Shown here: piece after piece, positions 27,005 through 35,910 of the stretch
Layout of the letters: each line of letters begins with the position of its first letter
How positions within the stretch are numbered: position 1 is the stretch's first letter
Origin: Thermotogota bacterium
Lineage (GTDB): Bacteria; Bipolaricaulota; Bipolaricaulia; UBA7950; UBA9294
Reading direction: 5' to 3'
Length of the DNA stretch: 37,075 bases
Assembly (NCBI GenBank): GCA_039679545.1
Contig: JBDKUT010000098.1
Location: forward strand, 1-37,075
The notes under the pieces: model-generated
Databases searched by the model: none
The model's input: only the letters and a program-made list of their open reading frames with translations
Told to the model about the DNA's origin: nothing
Position numbers and translations under genes: made by a program

Positions 27005-28348
27005 GTGCTAGGGGAAAGCCGTCTGGCTGAGATTGCGCAGCGGGTGCTGCGCGAGGCCAAAGCCGACCAGACCGAGGTGATGGTTGCAGGCACCGACTCG
27101 CACCTCACTCGGTTCGCGGTCAACACGATTCACCAGAACGTCTCAGAGACCGACGTCACGGTGCGCGTACGGTCGATCCTCGGGCGGAGGACCGGGGTTG
27201 CTTCGGGGAACGAGCTCTCCGAGGTCGCTCTCCGCAAGTTGGTCCGATCCGCGGAGACGGTTGCCGGCTTCCAAGAGGAGAACCCGGAACTCGGCTCCCT
27301 GCCGGATCCGAAGCCGGCGTTGAAGGTCGATGCCTTTGTCAAGCGGACCGCCGAATACGCCCCCGCTGAGCGGGCGAACGGCGTTGAGAAGATCCTCAAG
27401 ATGTCGCGGAAGAACCATCTCGACGCGGCCGGCGCGTTCTCGACCGAAGCGTTCGAAACCCACATCGCAAACTCCCGTGGCGTATCGGCCTACCACCGCG
27501 GCACCGTCGCCAGCATCGTCACGGTCATCATGGGACAGGACAGCTCCGGGTACGCCACGGCGGCATCCATGGATGTGGAAGACCTCGACCCGGAGACGAT
27601 TGGACGAATCGCCGTCGACAAGGCGCTCTCGAGCAAGAACCCGACTCCGATCGAGCCCGGGGAGTACACCGTCATCCTCGAGGAACCTGCCGTCGCCGAC
27701 ATGCTCTTTTTCCTCGGCTGGATGGGGCTTGGCGCCCTCTCCGTCCAGGAAGGGCGTAGCTTCATGAACGGAAAGTTCGGCGAGCGGATCACCGGCGAGA
27801 AGGTCACGATCTGGGACGATGGAACCGATCCGCGCGGCCTCCCGCTGCCGTTCGACTTCGAAGGAGTTCCGAAGCAGAAGGTCACGTTGATCGAGAAGGG
27901 CGTGGCGAAGAACGTCGTTTACGATTCGTTCACGGCCGGGCGGGAAAAAGGGAAAGCCTCGACCGGCCACAGCCTGCCGGCTCCCAACACCGCGGGCCCA
28001 ATCCCAGTGAATCTGTTCATGGCGCCGGGGAAAGCCACCAAGGAGGAGATGCTTGCCTCAACGAAGCGCGGGATCTGGGTGACGCGTTTCCACTACACGA
28101 ACATCCTCCATCCCGTTCAGACGATCTTGACGGGAATGACGCGGGACGGGACCTACCTGATCGAAAACGGGAAGATCGTTCGTCCGCTCCGCAACCTCCG
28201 ATTCACGCAGAGCATTCTCGAGGCGTTCTCGAACATCGAAGCCCTGGGGAAGGACCTTGTGCTGCTGAAGGACGAGTGGAATTCCCTTGGAACCTGCGCT
28301 CCAGCGGCCAAGATCCGCAACTTCCGGTTTACCGGGACGACCGACTAG
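27005..28348 (+). CDS. tldE: TldE/PmbA family protein (non-catalytic partner)
   Basis: TRFAVNTIHQNV, PGEYTVILE, PFDFEGVP, LTGMTRDG..LIENG. No HExxxH motif. Adjacent to tldD. Confidence 0.8.
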   Translation: MLGESRLAEIAQRVLREAKADQTEVMVAGTDSHLTRFAVNTIHQNVSETDVTVRVRSILGRRTGVASGNELSEVALRKLVRSAETVAGFQEENPELGSLPDPKPALKVDAFVKRTAEYAPAERANGVEKILKMSRKNHLDAAGAFSTEAFETHIANSRGVSAYHRGTVASIVTVIMGQDSSGYATAASMDVEDLDPETIGRIAVDKALSSKNPTPIEPGEYTVILEEPAVADMLFFLGWMGLGALSVQEGRSFMNGKFGERITGEKVTIWDDGTDPRGLPLPFDFEGVPKQKVTLIEKGVAKNVVYDSFTAGREKGKASTGHSLPAPNTAGPIPVNLFMAPGKATKEEMLASTKRGIWVTRFHYTNILHPVQTILTGMTRDGTYLIENGKIVRPLRNLRFTQSILEAFSNIEALGKDLVLLKDEWNSLGTCAPAAKIRNFRFTGTTD

Positions 28349-28368
28349 GGCTCCCAGAAAGGAGAACC

Positions 28369-29832
28369 ATGCGAGACTACGCAAATCGTGCACTGAACCA
28401 GGCCCAAGCGAAGGGAGCCACGTACGCCGACATCCGCATCGTCCGCCGGGAGACCCAGAACATCGAGGTAAAGAACGGAGTCGTTCAAACCCTTTCTCTC
28501 GGAGACACGTACGGGTTCGGGATTCGGGTCGTGGCGGACGGCGCGTGGGGATTCGCGAGCAGCCATCGTCTCGAGAACGCGGAGATCGACCGCGTGGCGG
28601 CGCTGGCGGTCGCGATCGCCAAAGCGAGCGCTATCAGCAAAGCGTCCGACGTCGATCTCGGACCCGCCGAGAGCCATGTCGATACCTACACGACGCCGAT
28701 GAAGATCGACCCGTTCCAGGTGTCCCTCGAGAAGAAGATCGACTACCTCCTGCGCTCCGACAAGGAGGCGCGCGCTGTTCCCGGCGTGCGCGTAGTGGAG
28801 AACACTCTCGGATTCGAGCGGAACCACAAGATCTTCGCAAGTACGGAGGGGAGCTACATCGAGCAGACCCTTACGGAGAGCGGAGCCGGTGTCGTCGTGA
28901 CGGCCGTGTCCGAAGGGGAGATGCAGCAGCGCTCGTACCCGAACTCGTTCGGTCGCCATCAGGGAACGGGGGGGTACGAGTTCGTTGAGACGTGGGATCT
29001 CCCGGGCAACGCCCGCCGCATTGCCGAGGAAGCGGTGGCGCTCCTGTCGGCACCCCAATGCCCGAGCGGCGTCACGTCGATCATCCTCGACGGTCCGCAG
29101 CTTGGACTTCAGGTTCACGAGTCGTGCGGCCACCCGATCGAGCTCGATCGGGTGTTCGGCACCGAGGCAGCGTACGCCGGAACGAGTTTCCTGACCCCGG
29201 AGAAGTTCCGCAACTTCCAGTACGGGTCGAAGATCGTGAACATCGTTTCCGACGCTGTGACGCCGGGGGGCCTGGGCACGTACGGCTACGACGACGAGGG
29301 TGTGCCAGCGCAGACGACCGACATCGTCAAGAACGGCCAGTTCGTCGGGTACCTAACCTCGCGCGAGACGGCGAGCCAGCTGCGCAGGATCCATCCGGAC
29401 GCGCCGGCGCACTCGAACGCCGCGATGCGAGCCGACGGGTGGAACCGGATCCCGATCATCCGCATGAACAACGTGAGCCTCCTTCCAGGCACGTGGACAC
29501 TCAACGACCTGATTGCCGACACCGACGACGGGATCTACATGATCACCAACAAGAGCTGGTCGATCGACGACAAACGCCTGAACTTCCAGTTCGGGACGGA
29601 GCTCGCCTACGAGATCAAGAAGGGCAAGCTCGGCCGAATCGTGAAGAACGCGACGTACACGGGAATGACGCCCAAGTTCTGGGCAGGCTGCGACGCGATC
29701 TGCAACAAGGACTACTGGCACGTTTGGGGAACCCCCAATTGCGGGAAGGGCCAGCCGGGCCAAGTTGCGCACACCGGTCATGGAGCAGCTCCGGCGCGAT
29801 TCCGGAACGTCCAGGTCGGAGTCATGAAGTAG
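28369..29832 (+). CDS. tldD: TldD family metalloprotease
   Basis: AAGGAG before ATG 28369; YADIR, GFGIRVVADGAWGFAS, HESCGHPIELDRV (HExxGH), YDDEGV, PNCGKGQP. Confidence 0.9.
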   Translation: MRDYANRALNQAQAKGATYADIRIVRRETQNIEVKNGVVQTLSLGDTYGFGIRVVADGAWGFASSHRLENAEIDRVAALAVAIAKASAISKASDVDLGPAESHVDTYTTPMKIDPFQVSLEKKIDYLLRSDKEARAVPGVRVVENTLGFERNHKIFASTEGSYIEQTLTESGAGVVVTAVSEGEMQQRSYPNSFGRHQGTGGYEFVETWDLPGNARRIAEEAVALLSAPQCPSGVTSIILDGPQLGLQVHESCGHPIELDRVFGTEAAYAGTSFLTPEKFRNFQYGSKIVNIVSDAVTPGGLGTYGYDDEGVPAQTTDIVKNGQFVGYLTSRETASQLRRIHPDAPAHSNAAMRADGWNRIPIIRMNNVSLLPGTWTLNDLIADTDDGIYMITNKSWSIDDKRLNFQFGTELAYEIKKGKLGRIVKNATYTGMTPKFWAGCDAICNKDYWHVWGTPNCGKGQPGQVAHTGHGAAPARFRNVQVGVMK

Positions 29833-29856
29833 CCTGCTTTTCGGATGGGTTCGCGA

Positions 29857-29887
29857 GAAGGAAGGGCGGCTATGCCGCCCTTCCTTC
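29857..29887. terminator. Hairpin between convergent tldD and the downstream gene
   Basis: Perfect 14-bp stem GAAGGAAGGGCGGC-TAT-GCCGCCCTTCCTTC. Confidence 0.7.
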
Positions 29888-29943
29888 CTCTTCAGCTCCC
29901 GATCCCCTGCTTCCCGAGCGGAGATTTGTCCAAAGTGTTCCGC

Positions 29944-30654
29944 TCAGTAGTAGTACTCCGTGACGTTCTCGACCTCAAGCCCGCTGGCTCCCCGTCCCGT
30001 GTACTCCAGGCCGAGGATCACCGAGCGGCCCTCCATTCGGATGTTGACCAGGCCCCACAGAAGGCTTCCGTGCCCCAAGATGGGCGTGAGTCCAACATCC
30101 TCCGATTCGAACGGCGCGAGCGTGAATTGTCGCTTGTCGACCGCCGCCCCGAGAGAGTTGAACACCGTCACCGTGCAGGTCACGGTCTCGTTCCAGGGGT
30201 TCAAGAGTACGTACGTTGTCGACGCATCACGAACCTGGGTGTAGTAAGCGCCGAGCCAGAACGGTTCCGACGGATCGAGAACGGGTACCTCGCTCGACAC
30301 GGTGTCGGTCGAGACGAGGACTCCGCCCACCGAGTACTCGAGGCCGATGAGGAAACGACCGCTCGCGTCGATGGTCACAACGCCCCACGCGTACGGGATC
30401 CCCGCTACACGACTGCGAAGGCTCACGACATCGGACGCGCCCGGTCCGAGTTCCCCGGAGTACGACCAGATTTCCGCGCCATACGCGTCGTGCACGGCGA
30501 TCGTGTACTGGGACATGTCGGGAACCGTGCTGATCAAGCTGATCTCGAGGTCCCTCTCCCCCAGAGCGTTGTAGTAGAACGCATAGTGGTACTGAGCCGC
30601 GCCCGTTACCCCAACCAGCAGCAGCAATGCCCCAAGAACTAGTGCGTGTCTCAT
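29944..30654 (-). CDS. Secreted hypothetical protein with a two-fold internal repeat
   Basis: AGGGGG SD; signal peptide MRHALVLGALLLLVGVTGAA; two ~95-aa halves share YY...G...L.P..S..V.L...WG.V.I...GR...GLEY. Confidence 0.75.
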   Translation of the reverse strand: MRHALVLGALLLLVGVTGAAQYHYAFYYNALGERDLEISLISTVPDMSQYTIAVHDAYGAEIWSYSGELGPGASDVVSLRSRVAGIPYAWGVVTIDASGRFLIGLEYSVGGVLVSTDTVSSEVPVLDPSEPFWLGAYYTQVRDASTTYVLLNPWNETVTCTVTVFNSLGAAVDKRQFTLAPFESEDVGLTPILGHGSLLWGLVNIRMEGRSVILGLEYTGRGASGLEVENVTEYYY

Positions 30655-30829
30655 TTCTTCCCCCTTCTCTCGTGCCCGGTCGTAAGACTAGTCCAATCGA
30701 GCGGCGGCGCAAGGGCAGGGTCTCCGGGCCTGCCTGTCCCATGGCTGCAGGCTCGTGGTGCCTTCCGGACGCGGGTTTCGTCGGGTATTCTGACGGGAAC
30801 CGAGAAGGGCATTCCGCGGAGGTGAGAGG

Positions 30830-30991
30830 ATGGAAGGAATTGCCAGACTGGTTTCTGCGTCCGCGTGGGGGCTCGTAGCCGTCATGTTGGCCGCCGGAAT
30901 CCCGTTTGCCTGGCGGAAAGTTCTGGCCTGGCTTGATGCGAAATCGCAGGTCGCGATGGCCGAGGCTGTGCGGAAGATGATCGACAAGTAA
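30830..30991 (+). CDS. Small single-TM membrane protein (53 aa)
   Basis: Below the ORF-track cutoff. GGAGGTG SD and TATTCT at 30786. Sequence MEGIARLVSASAWGLVAVMLAAGIPFAWRKVLAWLDAKSQVAMAEAVRKMIDK. Confidence 0.65.
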   Translation: MEGIARLVSASAWGLVAVMLAAGIPFAWRKVLAWLDAKSQVAMAEAVRKMIDK

Positions 30992-31066
30992 GAGCCGAGG
31001 CTTCGCAACGATGCCGGGCGAGACGACCCCGAAGCGTGCGGCTCGGCTCCGCGAGCTGCGAGTACT

Positions 31067-31105
31067 GCGGCAAAGGCTGCCCGGGCTCCGGGCAGCCTTT
31101 GCCGC
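31067..31105. terminator. Hairpin between the two convergent small genes
   Basis: Perfect 18-bp stem GCGGCAAAGGCTGCCCGG-GCT-CCGGGCAGCCTTTGCCGC. Confidence 0.75.
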
Positions 31106-31112
31106 TTAGCGA

Positions 31113-31286
31113 CTAGCTCCTGTTCTCCTCGCGGTCCAGGTACTGCAAAATGGCTTCCACCACGAGGTAGTTTACGGACCGGTCTTTCTTGGCCCCGACC
31201 TTCATCAGCCGCTCGACGGGTTGCTGGGCAACCTTCGATTTCGGCACGTAGATGCTGAGCTTGTCGACGAGTTCCTTCTTAGGCAT
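31113..31286 (-). CDS. Ribbon-helix-helix (CopG/Arc-like) DNA-binding protein (57 aa)
   Basis: Below the ORF-track cutoff. AGGGGGAG SD. Sequence MPKKELVDKLSIYVPKSKVAQQPVERLMKVGAKKDRSVNYLVVEAILQYLDREENRS: strand KLSIYVP, a helix, then RSVNYLV.EAI..YL, typical of RHH helix B. Confidence 0.85.
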   Translation of the reverse strand: MPKKELVDKLSIYVPKSKVAQQPVERLMKVGAKKDRSVNYLVVEAILQYLDREENRS

Positions 31287-31571
31287 GACTCCCCCTTCTC
31301 TTTTCTGAGAACGTCTCTGCTGTCCTTACACCTCAACTCATGGACTGTTCCACCTGGGCGTGCGTGACGTGTGAGACTGATGTGGAGGGAACGTGATCCT
31401 TGTTGGTATCTGGCACCCCGTCCATGGGCCGAGTCCTTTTCCCATCGCAACCTTTCCCTAGGTCCTGGCAGTTCGCGCCGGCGAACCTGAAGATCCGACG
31501 CCGGCAGCATTCAGTACCCTGTTATTCTACGAGAGGTGGAGGCCGTCTACCAGGGGGAGTTCCGAACCTTC

Positions 31572-32258
31572 CTAACCAGGTTGTGCGGGGGTGAGCGCGC
31601 CGCCTCCGGCGACGTGATGGGCCCAGCGAGTGGGTTCGGGAAGCCGATGGCTTGCCACACACCGGAGGGTGAACTCAACGGCGTGAGCCAGGTCGATTCG
31701 GTGTCCCGGGGAGACGAACACCGGGTGCGTGTTGTCCTTCGTCCTCACCACGGCGCCGAGGACGTGCCTCGGGTCAGATTCGTCGAGCAGATCGGCGACG
31801 GCGCCGCGATGGGGGCCCGGCTCCATCGCTACGCCGCAAAGACGCGACTTCGCGACCCCGATTGTCGGTACGTCGAGCCACAGTCCCATATGTGCGGCGA
31901 TTCCCATCCCTCTCGGGTGCGCCGTGCCTTGGCCATCGAACAAAACGAGGTCCGGCTTCCGGTCGAGTTTCTCCCACGCGGCAAGAATAACGGGGCCCTC
32001 GCGAAACGAGAGGAGTCCCGGCACATATGGAAACGGCGTCTTCATCTCGGCGGTCACGCTGGTGCGGGGGTGGAGGTCCGGAAATCCGAGCACGACGACC
32101 GCCGCCCGTGCCGTGTCTCGGACAACGCTGACATCGATTCCGCCGACGAGGTTCACGGCGCGCTCGTCCCACGTAAGACTGAGCCGGTAGCGGAGCTCCG
32201 TCTGAATTCCGGCCGCCTGCTTTGGCGTCACGCCCCAAGGATGGAGCTTCCCGTCCAT
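31572..32258 (-). CDS. nfi: Endonuclease V (deoxyinosine 3'-endonuclease)
   Basis: GGIDVS, FPYVPGLLSFRE, FDGQGTAHPRGMGIAAH, PTIGVAKSRL, PVFVSPGH, RLPEPTRWAH. Start ATG 32258 or 32264. Confidence 0.95.
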   Translation of the reverse strand: MDGKLHPWGVTPKQAAGIQTELRYRLSLTWDERAVNLVGGIDVSVVRDTARAAVVVLGFPDLHPRTSVTAEMKTPFPYVPGLLSFREGPVILAAWEKLDRKPDLVLFDGQGTAHPRGMGIAAHMGLWLDVPTIGVAKSRLCGVAMEPGPHRGAVADLLDESDPRHVLGAVVRTKDNTHPVFVSPGHRIDLAHAVEFTLRCVASHRLPEPTRWAHHVAGGGALTPAQPG

Positions 32259-32351
32259 GCACATGGCCTCTCGAACCGATCCTAAAGCATCGGACCGGCG
32301 TTGGCGAATCGATGACTCGGCAGGAGGAGGATGCCTCAGAACGGACCTCAA

Positions 32352-33062
32352 TCACTCTTCGGGCGCCGAGGCGCGTCGAGCTCCGACCAGGGTGGCTCGT
32401 CCCGTCGCGAGGAACGGGATGCGAACGGCGGCCGGAGTATTGTCGAAGCTCTGGACCCAGAGCATCCCATCGTCTTGCAGGAGGCCGTGCTCGACCTCAC
32501 GCGGCCACCACGACGGGGAATCGTAGATGGGGCGAGAGAACGCGAACGTGCCCGGGTGCTCGATGCAGTAGCGCTCCATTGCGCGGAATGCGCGCCCATC
32601 GACCGATCCCTCTCGCCGAAGGTCCCGGCGCTGGGGGTAGAGACACCCGTCGAAGGTTCCCCCGAGCACGCCGCCGGAAATGTGATGGCGGTCGGCCCGT
32701 CCGCCGAAGATCGCTGCCGACGCGCCAAGGAGTCCGCTTCGTCGCCCTTCCTGGCGCGCGCACGTGGGGCGCGACCGGCCGAACGCGACAATGATGCGAT
32801 CTTCCACCCCATCGTCGCCGCGGGGGCCTCCTCCCGTCGTCCGAGCAGAGGCGTGATCGAACAGGAACTCGAACCCACCGTCGGAGAATCGCACGGAGTT
32901 CGCCGAAGCCGAGGTCATTCTTCGGTACGCGCGCAGCCAGAGCGAGGGAAGCGCCTTCCCGAGTCGAGCGACGAGCGCGTCGTAGTCCGCAGCGGAAAGC
33001 CGGGACAACAAAGCTTCGTAGTTGATGGAGGGACCCCTCACCCCGTTCCTGCCTTCGCCCAC
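32352..33062 (-). CDS. Hypothetical protein resembling the DNA/RNA non-specific (His-Me finger) endonucleases, with degenerate motifs
   Basis: DRHHISGGVLGG...LYPQRRDLRR resembles DRGHxxxxxLGG...NxxPQxxxxN. Ends FDN. Confidence 0.55.
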   Translation of the reverse strand: MGEGRNGVRGPSINYEALLSRLSAADYDALVARLGKALPSLWLRAYRRMTSASANSVRFSDGGFEFLFDHASARTTGGGPRGDDGVEDRIIVAFGRSRPTCARQEGRRSGLLGASAAIFGGRADRHHISGGVLGGTFDGCLYPQRRDLRREGSVDGRAFRAMERYCIEHPGTFAFSRPIYDSPSWWPREVEHGLLQDDGMLWVQSFDNTPAAVRIPFLATGRATLVGARRASAPEE

Positions 33063-33176
33063 CGGTACGAGTTCTCAGAATACTGAACGGGGCGGGGAGA
33101 AAGCAAGAACCTCGATCCGCGGCCGCGGGCCTCGCCGCCGCGCTCGGACGCGACGGCGCGCTTGCCGGGATTTCTC

Positions 33177-33740
33177 CTAAGTAGGAATCGGCGAAGATCC
33201 GATGTACTCCTCGGCGAGAAGGTCCATGAGAAGCAGGTCGGACTTGCGGGCGCCGAAGATCACCGCCTGGCGCTTCCTGCCGACGACGTGGAAGCCGAGC
33301 TTCTCGTAGCACCGCCGGGCGCGAGCGTTGTCGTCACGGACGACGAGTTCGATGCTGTTCAAGTTCACGATGTGAAATCCGTACCCAATCAGCACTCGCA
33401 GCGCATCCTCTCCGTATCCCTTTCCCCAGTACTCCTTCTCACCGATCAACGCGGAGAGCATCGCTCGCCGGTTTGGCACGTCGGCGACGAAGAGCGCGCA
33501 CCATCCGATCGGACGACGGCCGATCGCATCCACAATCAGGAAGGCGTGAGCCTTCTGCTCCAGGAACCGGGCAATTGTCTGCTGGTACTCCGCGAGCGTT
33601 CCCGGCGTTCGATGGCCGGGACTCGAGGCGAGGAGCCCCGTCTCGAGGTCGTTGTGCCATCGGTACCACAGTTCCGCGGCCTGCGGCTCCAAGGGCGAGA
33701 GGTACGTGAGGGTCCCGCCGAGCTTTCGGACCAAGTCCAT
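33177..33740 (-). CDS. RimJ/RimL-type GNAT acetyltransferase
   Basis: AAGGAGG SD; IGEKEYWGKGYG.DA, N.RARRCYEKLGF...G.KRQ. Confidence 0.9.
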   Translation of the reverse strand: MDLVRKLGGTLTYLSPLEPQAAELWYRWHNDLETGLLASSPGHRTPGTLAEYQQTIARFLEQKAHAFLIVDAIGRRPIGWCALFVADVPNRRAMLSALIGEKEYWGKGYGEDALRVLIGYGFHIVNLNSIELVVRDDNARARRCYEKLGFHVVGRKRQAVIFGARKSDLLLMDLLAEEYIGSSPIPT

Positions 33741-33790
33741 GCCGCCTCCTTGAGGAGGAAGACTCTACTTGGTCCGCATCTCCGGGTTGT

Positions 33791-35260
33791 CTACTTCGCC
33801 CGCGCGAAGAACGCGTCGACGTCCGCCTTGAACGCTGCAAGCGAATCCAGGTCGAGGTAGAACATGTGCCCGGCCTCGTACGTGTGCATCTCAAGGTTTG
33901 CGCGCAGTTCTGGATCGACGTTCATGTGGCTCACCATGTACTCCGTTGCGAGGAGCGGGGTGGCGAGGTCGTAGTACCCCTGCCCGACGAACACCTTCAT
34001 GTACGGGTTCTTGGCCATCGCCGCGCGCAACGTCTCGCCCGTCGCGGGGAGGTATCCCTTCTCATACTCCCACTTCTCGTTCACCGTGTTCGACAGGGTT
34101 TCGTAGACGAGGTCGGTCTCGATCCCCAACCGAGTGCGGGCATAGTGGCAGAACGTCGACGTGTACGGCGGCGTGATCGCGTGCATCGACGGGTCGAACT
34201 CGGGGACCTCGGTCACGGCGAGGGCTTCGACGCCCCGGAAGCGGGAATCGAGGCGGCCGACGCTGCGCTTCTCGCCTCGCAGGAGTTCTTTGCAGAAGCG
34301 GAAGATGTCCACGCGCAGGTTGGAGCCGAGGACGTACTCGAGGTCGAGGCCGGTGTAATCCGCCAGCTTCCTCGCCACAGCCCGCCGCTCTCCATCGCCA
34401 AGCCGATCCCCTTTCATGAGTGCCGCGGTCAGCGGACCTTCAGACCACGCTTTGACTTCCGCCACCAGGTCGCCGAGCGGCCTACTCTGAAGGGATTCCC
34501 GCAGCTGACTGTGGTACCACGCCGTGGCAGCGTAGGTCGGGACGAAGAGCTGGAATGGAAGGTCGTTGGCGCGTCCGAAGCGGATGGCGAGGTGATCGAG
34601 GACGGTCGAGATGAGGAAGATCCCGTTGAACGTGATGCCGCGATCCACGAGATGGCCGGCGAGTCCGGCGGCCCGCGTCGTGCCGTAGCTCTCCCCGGCG
34701 AGGAAGAGGGGCGAAGTCCACCGGGCGTACCGCGTCAGGTAGAGGCGGATGAACTCGCCGACGGAGTTGATGTCGCCCTGGAAGCTCCAGAACTTCTTGT
34801 CCAGCTCTTCCTTGGCGGCGCGGCTGTACCCGGTCCCTGCGGGGTCCACGAACACGAGATCCGTTTGGTCGAGCCACGTCTGGTCGTTGTCATCAAGCAG
34901 GAACGGAGGCCGCGGCATCCAACCTTCCTTTTCCATCCGCACGCGCTTGGGGCCCAGCGCTCCCAGGTGGAGCCAGATGGACGCCGATCCCGGTCCCCCG
35001 TTGAAGGCGAACGTGAGCGGCCGCGCCGCGCGGTCCTCGACGCCGTCCAGCTCGTACGCGGTGAAGAAGATCTCCGCCTCCGTCTCGTCGAACTCGTCCT
35101 TCAGCGACAGAGCCCCCGCCCGTGCGGTGTAGCGGAGTCGCCGATTTCCCAGCACAAGCTCGTGATGGGTCTCGACGGGCTCGATGCCGAGGAGCCTTCG
35201 TCTCTTCTCCTTTGACTCCCCGTCCTTCTTCGTCTCGGCGCTCTTGGTCTCTTCGGCCAT
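33791..35260 (-). CDS. Peptidase S10 serine carboxypeptidase
   Basis: GAGGAG before ATG 35260; FNGGPGSAS, DLVFVDPAGTGYS, GESYG (Ser), GYYDLATP (Asp), YEAGHMFY (His). Confidence 0.93.
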   Translation of the reverse strand: MAEETKSAETKKDGESKEKRRRLLGIEPVETHHELVLGNRRLRYTARAGALSLKDEFDETEAEIFFTAYELDGVEDRAARPLTFAFNGGPGSASIWLHLGALGPKRVRMEKEGWMPRPPFLLDDNDQTWLDQTDLVFVDPAGTGYSRAAKEELDKKFWSFQGDINSVGEFIRLYLTRYARWTSPLFLAGESYGTTRAAGLAGHLVDRGITFNGIFLISTVLDHLAIRFGRANDLPFQLFVPTYAATAWYHSQLRESLQSRPLGDLVAEVKAWSEGPLTAALMKGDRLGDGERRAVARKLADYTGLDLEYVLGSNLRVDIFRFCKELLRGEKRSVGRLDSRFRGVEALAVTEVPEFDPSMHAITPPYTSTFCHYARTRLGIETDLVYETLSNTVNEKWEYEKGYLPATGETLRAAMAKNPYMKVFVGQGYYDLATPLLATEYMVSHMNVDPELRANLEMHTYEAGHMFYLDLDSLAAFKADVDAFFARAK

Positions 35261-35368
35261 GTCCACGCTCCTCGGATCGCGACGTTGTCTTGACCCGATT
35301 GTACAGGGAGACGCTTCGGCCACAGCGCGGATGCGTCCTGTCGGAGCGTCGCGTATCCTCTCGGAGGA

Positions 35369-35830
35369 ATGGAGCGATTGGAGAGCCTGCGCGGGATCAT
35401 CGGCGAAATCCTCGATGGGACCGAGAACCTCGAGGATCGCCGCTCTGGACTCGTCCACCTCTACGGCGTCTCCGCGGCGGCCGCCCTACTGGCCCTGCGA
35501 CGCGGACAGGATGCCGAACTTGCCGCGGTCGCGGGGATGCTCCACGACCTCGCGACCTACGAGACAGGCATGTCAGACGACCACGCGACCCGAGGCGCTC
35601 GCCGCGCAAGCGAGGTCCTCCGGAGTCTGGGGGCGTTCACCGACGTGGAGATCGAGGCCGTTCGTTCGGCCGTCGCCCACCACAGCGACAAGGCGGCCGT
35701 CCACGATGCGTTCTCCGAGCTTCTGAAAGATGCCGACGTGCTCCAGCACTTCTTGTCGGACCCGGGGGCGCCGCCCCTAGGGCCTCACGCCGCTCGCCGG
35801 GAGGCGCTGAGACAGGAGCTGGGTCTCTAG
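35369..35830 (+). CDS. HD-domain metal-dependent phosphohydrolase
   Basis: H (VHLYGV), HD (MLHDL), HATRGA, HH (AHHSDK), D (KDAD). Confidence 0.85.
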   Translation: MERLESLRGIIGEILDGTENLEDRRSGLVHLYGVSAAAALLALRRGQDAELAAVAGMLHDLATYETGMSDDHATRGARRASEVLRSLGAFTDVEIEAVRSAVAHHSDKAAVHDAFSELLKDADVLQHFLSDPGAPPLGPHAARREALRQELGL

Positions 35831-35910
35831 ATCCCGGCCCCTTCGCGCCGCCCGACCGGGCAAGCCGGCCATCGGGTACGCGAAGCCTGCCTCGCAGTAG
35901 ACTAGAAGGC

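Noticed and set aside
27005..30991. TldD/E with the small peptide as a RiPP cluster
   Set aside because: No YcaO, radical SAM or other maturase, and no exporter nearby. tldDE is a common housekeeping pair.
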